DNA of 64,000 nucleotides from a virus: IMG/VR virus record IMGVR_UViG_3300046777_002658, positions 64,001 to 128,000 of that record; one strand, 5' to 3'. Shown piece by piece: positions 60,501 to 64,000 of this stretch (position 1 is its first letter; each line of letters starts with the position of its first letter). The notes under the pieces were generated by a model. It saw only the letters and a program-made list of their open reading frames with translations, ran no database searches and was not told where the DNA came from. The position numbers and the translations under genes were made by a program.

Positions 60501-61701
60501 CACTGGCAACGCTGGCACATTCGCTACCTTCAAACTGTGCACCACCGGCGCTGATTGCGGGTAGATTCAACTCACCATCCACCTCAGCAAAGTTGGAGGT
60601 ATTAGGTAGCTTATTTTGAATAGCTTGCATACAATAGTCACGAGCTAACCTAAATGCTGCGACTGTTTTAGTTAGTTCAGAAGGGTCGTCTGATGTTCCA
60701 ATGACTAGCTCGCCGTCTTCATAATATTTGTAGCCTACTGCAATAGCATTGACGTTAGATAAATTCCTAATATCTGCTATTGCGGCATCTATAACAAAGT
60801 TTAAGTCCCTACGGCATTTAGTTCCGGAGGGTAGTATGTAGTTATAAGGTGCTGCCTGTAAGTTTGTCAATACCCTGTCAATGATATAGTCCCGATTGGC
60901 TCTAATCAGGTTGGAACCATCAATAAATCGACCGCGTTGTATACCATATTTGAGTTCAGGAGCCGCAGCCCAGTTTAATCCATTGTCCAGGTAGCCATTG
61001 ATGATATCTCGGAGGCTATTGACGTAGGTGGCAAAGCTTGAACCGATTAAGGCGATTATCTGGGAGGCAACGCTACTAAAAGCTATCTTACTGGGTGCGA
61101 CTTCGTTTATCCCAATCCTCCTGGTTTCATCTAGCTCGTAGTAAGCCTTACCAGCTTGGATGCTGTAGAGATTAGACCTAAATAACAGGTCATCGTTGCT
61201 GTTGCCCAAGTCAGCCGCGATCGCATCTACAACATATCCAATGTCTCGCCTACAAGTAGTTTCACTCTCACCTGCTGGAAGGAAAAAAGTATCATAGGCT
61301 GCATTAATAATATCTGTACGAGCGTTCTTAACTGCGACCGCTGCTGCTTTATAGCTGGATGAAACATCTGGATGATCAAAGCCATTGGCAGCAACAAAAA
61401 AGTTGTCCGCAACAGCTTCGCCAACTGTTACCGGAATTGATTGTAAACTCGAAGAAAAAGAAGAAACACCCCACTTTTCCCACTGACCAGATTTGTACAC
61501 ATAAGTCTTGTCTTGGTCTACAACGTAAACCAACAGTCCCTCTTCTAATCTTTCAAGTGGTATAGCATTTCTCTCATCTAGAGTAGCTACACTGTAGTAC
61601 CCTCCCTTCCCATACTTAGCAAAATGAGTTGGGTAAGTGTCTTCACTATCGTTTGGGGCTATCGCTCCAGTAAGGCTAACAGTTCCAGGAATAGAGGCCA
61701 T
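54598..61701 (-). CDS. Large tail fibre/virion protein (2367 aa) with C-terminal alpha/beta hydrolase domain
   Basis: Helical repeats CRRDxxxVxDA, G/S/T/N-rich beta regions, LTKGQTYKFN motif, C-terminal LIGYSKSGWGA...FDAP...HAW. Confidence 0.8.
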   Translation of the reverse strand: MASIPGTVSLTGAIAPNDSEDTYPTHFAKYGKGGYYSVATLDERNAIPLERLEEGLLVYVVDQDKTYVYKSGQWEKWGVSSFSSSLQSIPVTVGEAVADNFFVAANGFDHPDVSSSYKAAAVAVKNARTDIINAAYDTFFLPAGESETTCRRDIGYVVDAIAADLGNSNDDLLFRSNLYSIQAGKAYYELDETRRIGINEVAPSKIAFSSVASQIIALIGSSFATYVNSLRDIINGYLDNGLNWAAAPELKYGIQRGRFIDGSNLIRANRDYIIDRVLTNLQAAPYNYILPSGTKCRRDLNFVIDAAIADIRNLSNVNAIAVGYKYYEDGELVIGTSDDPSELTKTVAAFRLARDYCMQAIQNKLPNTSNFAEVDGELNLPAISAGGAQFEGSECASVASAAYSIFNIIIGYLENGLDWADAPKRKVGLIEKELPGQSWRTAFASIKRALAEVAKFPEKECTVRVSSGRFYEDNPLIIPQPKTAVIGDNLRTTTICPLNHGQDLFKIDSGTYLNYMVFEDNYRGGFGILDSSNQVNPREMSATATTLRLFPGHTIKDTPGRFKDAANLVRANRLYIDAQVIDYNALPIIDAVIADLRIMGNINSIEAIAVNNPTKITQTKDLILSAIRGDLPNSEANQTSGTDFNSLNPGGVNYDTGDCANVQSAAATLVDLISAIAAGNPPPKANTGTLLLVNQEWMQIASLNGNDLVIGSRGVFNTTATRHISGSKCTQNAKAFRYAAAFKDGVNIFLSPYIQNCSNISVLGRTVLKSDGSGELDDTKTLAGGILVDGGVLANTSPIASMVMDAFTQIVSGSVGFHHKRNGYSQLVSVFQVFEDIGILCESGAYTSVTNSATNFGNYALKAVGFSDTSFPFYEGTLVGAENVNLGFNNTPSNIFESTFANAGNNQTRVTLTLEADKIGQFVVGQTITVAGHSVAAANGTGLIITNVQASDRTISYIVDIPFGSGIAAGGQTGTVTITQGRQVTRLSISGFTSIPLPNYVVKVRILGTSNFYTRTDELEYIVEEATPFNNSGITVVTLQVLWEGALPGNTAIELRRPSTINSSSHTFEFIGSGINYTALPENGGVTDPQTQTVEVNSGRVYCSATDQDGNFTVGPFFNVDLKSGKVTFTGTVSLGVIDEIQLKNSPGVPIREFSIDTDLSGDTGAANTRIPTQRAIRDFVKNKLGNLFDKTSGTSGGGSSFAGQLVELTQQGFISETQLPPRSPFNIFNVANQAERLALTNVNQGDYAAQADTGVVYVLKTIANGGASVDDNWAILPSGVTSASSIAGVIPVTNLGSGTANASTFLAGDSSYKPVVRSLLSGNESVVIGTDAITPGTYPTNSKVGDITVTVNTVGYSQGQTSGASTLGVAKFDYTDFDISNGVVSIKNEAVDLNEIAHVPGNSVLGNNSGTTGVVRSLPLNDVVATVPTIAVSFSGSTYSIAVNDVSLGSNPVLTLTKGQTYKFNLNVTGHGFNITTTSGTVSGNLYSTGLIGTNGTQVTNDSTKFIWTVPLNAPNTLFYQDGVTLTNFGVINLTGGAIASTEKGANNGVATLDSNGKVPQTQLTIVGTTNRIAVNSTTNAIDLATVSQTDTNGEAGINFVQSVSKDTYGRITGRVLADIRTATTSQTGIVQLNSSITSTSETEAATPLAVKAYVDSSLTDMAKTNTSQQFEGFQGSLREVQDISGDVIIDGRLSNIYDLTVTGNVTSLTFTNLQSGKYIINIIQGSVPYSVSLNPSVFKAAEESTPVSTEAYKKSKLIGDCDGSFIEYELKIWDTQFRESFSAIWGPIISEINSERTALGQSLLSVNSANLIKNKVKFLNGEATDWSIANGLTPVNVFNKIVLSVSLSSAVNVGSGSSAVMEVGISGGIPTIAPVNAKATLEANYTWDTFFSGVPAQNDSVIISTQGLNFTHGASGDGITAIITGFNATSDLWAATGQAGAGQGNRVLAFQDNPTSLKGYNSSNGLSILGWRGATFRDTQGLIWDHNLGGDELAQFSSAYWQGATALGMRNGTSFNQNLRTRNAGDTYTQQETPINPHELRMGKLISGYSANNPIFVACPSYIPSVIILKGYPTQTEIDNLLRGMLQFEIDAHTLGLSANQFRIISTSTDANGIINHNVISRKAGFVRIRVKPPTSPAAGKPPRYCYLLEATTIPAQTSFGVGIEHCTVTESYHNDYNMTFIEVDFPDECWYADHPTYAHQRWESFYDEELIPWVENNFGTPGDKRVLIGYSKSGWGALTKIFRNQSLYSAAACFDAPLYSNTINHANFFGAGTFIFGTQANLDTYYPPTLATNNAANFTSTNRIWISRGTGGFPAIKFPTDMQNFTTHLTNLGIQHTYSLAGTSHAWSGGWTDEAMAFLDTASL

Positions 61702-61712
61702 AAAATTTATCT

Positions 61713-63065
61713 TTATCCTAAATTAATAGTTAATGCGCCAGCAGTCGGGTTGAAAGTTCTGTACAAGTTATAAGTTACAGAAACACCAAGTCTGGTTAAA
61801 GTAACTTGGCTAGTGTTAGCCATAGGAACATCAAAACCACCGCTTGTAAAAGAAGTGTAAACAGGATAGCTAGTAGGAAGAAATATATAAAGGTAAGCAC
61901 TAGCTCCTGCTGGTTTTGTAACAGATGTTGGTCTACTAAGAGTATTATTTATAGTAGTTAACTCAGAAGTATTAACAACTGACCCAGATGTTGAGTAGCC
62001 GGTAAAAGTCCTGTGAGCCCAAGTAATAGTAATTGAGTTACTTACAACCTGTTGAGTTTTTGTATTAGTACCAACAGCGTTCCAACTATAGAAACCCGGA
62101 GAGACTCTAACATTAGGTATAGAGTTGTAATTAGGAATGTACGGGTTAGAAACGGTAGACCCATCACCTTTATATACAATAGACCCAGGCAGTAGATTCT
62201 GGTTATTCTGGACTGTAGCCGTAAATAAGATCTCCTCGTTAAGACCAAGCAACCTCTCTCCAACCTCTACAGTTCTGCTAACCCCCAAATTACTACTAGC
62301 TATACTAATAACAGGGTTCTGATAAGGATTTAGAAGTTGGTTTAATACATCAGAAAAAGGAATGTTGTTAAAGGTACTTCCAGCCTCTATTCCCCCAACA
62401 GTAGCCAACGAGGGGTTGGAGTTAGTGTAAGTAGCTTTAACAGTTGCTAACTGACTTTGAACAAATTTAGTGTTTGCTACCAGACTGCTGGCATCATTTT
62501 CGGGTGCATCAGGAACGTAAACCTGGGAGTCAAATGTAGTTACAAACTTAAAGGTAGCTACATCCTCAAAGGTGACGTCATCATAGAAATCAACCTTTTT
62601 ATTAAACTTTGCAGAGCCATCAGAAGCAACTACTACACTCTCTATGTTATTTATGTCAAGAATAGATAAAAGAGAGGACTGTTGACCTTGTGTAGGCTTA
62701 ATAACAACATTCTTAGATGTAAGGACAGACTGCTGGTTTAGACTTCTACCTGCTTCTATCCAGTCAGAGCCGTCCCACAGCTTAAGAATATTTATACTGC
62801 TTGAGTTGTCTAACCACATCTCACCCTTTGAGAGCTCCGTATTAACTAGTAAACCAGTTTGGGCAGAAGCAGAAACTTGAGGATTGTTTGGTGGTGTTGC
62901 TCCAACATAACAAGGACCAAGTTTAATAGTTTTATTAGAGGTGACTTTATAATAAACGCCTGGGTCAGAAGCTTCATTATTTATTAGTAGCTCTCCAACT
63001 AACAAATCCGCTGGGAGAGGTCTGTATTCAGGAGTCTGGTCAGACCGGAGTTGGATTCTTGACAT
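61713..63065 (-). CDS. Tail/virion structural protein (450 aa)
   Basis: MSRIQLR...RP...LLVGEL..N N-terminus typical of tail-fibre proteins; tail gene context. Confidence 0.7.
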   Translation of the reverse strand: MSRIQLRSDQTPEYRPLPADLLVGELLINNEASDPGVYYKVTSNKTIKLGPCYVGATPPNNPQVSASAQTGLLVNTELSKGEMWLDNSSSINILKLWDGSDWIEAGRSLNQQSVLTSKNVVIKPTQGQQSSLLSILDINNIESVVVASDGSAKFNKKVDFYDDVTFEDVATFKFVTTFDSQVYVPDAPENDASSLVANTKFVQSQLATVKATYTNSNPSLATVGGIEAGSTFNNIPFSDVLNQLLNPYQNPVISIASSNLGVSRTVEVGERLLGLNEEILFTATVQNNQNLLPGSIVYKGDGSTVSNPYIPNYNSIPNVRVSPGFYSWNAVGTNTKTQQVVSNSITITWAHRTFTGYSTSGSVVNTSELTTINNTLSRPTSVTKPAGASAYLYIFLPTSYPVYTSFTSGGFDVPMANTSQVTLTRLGVSVTYNLYRTFNPTAGALTINLG

Positions 63066-63149
63066 ATTTTCTTATACAAAAAGATATTTAAGTATTTAAA
63101 CTATAATCTCAATATAAACAAGTGTCTTTGAACTAAGAAGTTTACATTT

Positions 63150-63494
63150 TCACATACTTTGCGGAAGCTCTGGCCATATAATATCTTCCGGAGATTTGTA
63201 GTCAGAAGTTATATCCCTCAGCAACTGTCTGTATGTGTCCCACTCTTTCTTGTTCTTTAAAGTAACATCAGGAAGCTGACTAAAGTCAGACTCTTGTAGA
63301 AGCCTGTTTCTCTTAGCTCTAGCCTGCTGCCAACTTAATATTTTTCTGTACTCAGAAGGAGTATTACCTTCTTGAAGCCAAGTTAGTGCTTGTTTGGCTT
63401 TAGGATCTTTGCTACCACTAGCAATACAAACAAAAGCCCCAGAGCTGTTTTCTACTAAGTAATGCAAACCTAAATGAGATTGTGAGTAGGACAT
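63150..63494 (-). CDS. Tail fibre assembly chaperone
   Basis: ARAKRNRLLQESDFSQLPD...WDTYRQLLRDI...WP. Confidence 0.88.
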   Translation of the reverse strand: MSYSQSHLGLHYLVENSSGAFVCIASGSKDPKAKQALTWLQEGNTPSEYRKILSWQQARAKRNRLLQESDFSQLPDVTLKNKKEWDTYRQLLRDITSDYKSPEDIIWPELPQSM

Positions 63495-63496
63495 AC

Positions 63497-64000
63497 TTAA
63501 ACCTTTATGATAACTATTATGCCGTGAGCTGGGTGTTCATTAACAAGATTACCACCACTTTGTGTGTATAAATACTGAATAAAGTTGTAACCGGATTTTA
63601 GTGTTCTAGCCCAGTTAGAGTTAGCTGTGCTATTTGTAGAGCTTACCTCGCCGTAAAAAGCGTCATCAGGAGCTTGCTCTATACTATTAATACCAGGAGC
63701 TACATATAACACAGAGCGAGTTTGAGTATTAGGTATATCCTCGTTATTAGAGTAAATATCTAGGAAAGCTGTCACCAAGCTATCAGAGGCTAACACAAAT
63801 CTACACTGGGAGTTAGTGCCATATATAGGAGGTAGCCCCCAAGTGGGTTGTCCCCACCAAATAGAGTTCCAGGAGTTTCCAAAAAAGTATTTAAGGGTTA
63901 GGTCATATGTATTAAAAAGATTAGCAACATAACATACTGCTGGGTTCATATCTCCAGCAGTATACCTAACACCTCCTAAGTCTATTTTAGTAGTTCCTGC
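63497..64000 (-). CDS. Tail-associated protein, 5'-truncated at the window edge (track start 63949)
   Basis: The frame stays open to 64000 (AGTTKIDLGGVRYTAGD-MNP). Confidence 0.7.
   Translation of the reverse strand, partial: AGTTKIDLGGVRYTAGDMNPAVCYVANLFNTYDLTLKYFFGNSWNSIWWGQPTWGLPPIYGTNSQCRFVLASDSLVTAFLDIYSNNEDIPNTQTRSVLYVAPGINSIEQAPDDAFYGEVSSTNSTANSNWARTLKSGYNFIQYLYTQSGGNLVNEHPAHGIIVIIKV

Larger units (their letters stand above)
10773..61224. repeat. HIP1 octamer GCGATCGC, at least 12 copies
   Basis: Seen at 10773, 11307, 16216, 16625, 30592, 31316, 37545, 49988, 57080, 59672, 59876, 61217. Confidence 0.9.

Noticed and set aside
57286-62669. Short plus-strand ORFs opposite the tail genes
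   Set aside because: Antisense shadows with no RBS or motifs.

Overview
A 64 kb segment of a large, probably jumbo, phage genome. The host is most likely a cyanobacterium (at least 12 HIP1 GCGATCGC sites, cyanobacterial-type sigma factor, cyanophage-like tail proteins). Layout: (1) 2-9826, one giant ORF open off the left edge (>3270 aa). It fuses a degenerate RNase H fold, an AlkB dioxygenase, a single-chain two-barrel RNA polymerase (RAP...DFDGD), a SLOG domain and a Pif1-like helicase. (2) 9.9-26 kb, small early-type genes, most preceded by a conserved + strand motif GAAAAAA(A)GAWWRG and many followed by a hairpin. (3) 26-54.5 kb, nucleotide metabolism, repair and accessory genes: RNase H, dNMP kinase, RNA ligase, DHH, MazG, tRNA-Arg(TCT), GHKL ATPase, SplB-like radical SAM, HNH, DNA methyltransferase, rIIA/rIIB, lysozyme, HU and a sigma-70 factor. 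This part also holds three candidate structured ncRNAs. (4) 54.6-64 kb, minus-strand tail genes converging on the sigma gene. I saw no rRNA, CRISPR array, integrase or transposase. All family calls come from motifs recognised by eye; no database search or folding program was run.
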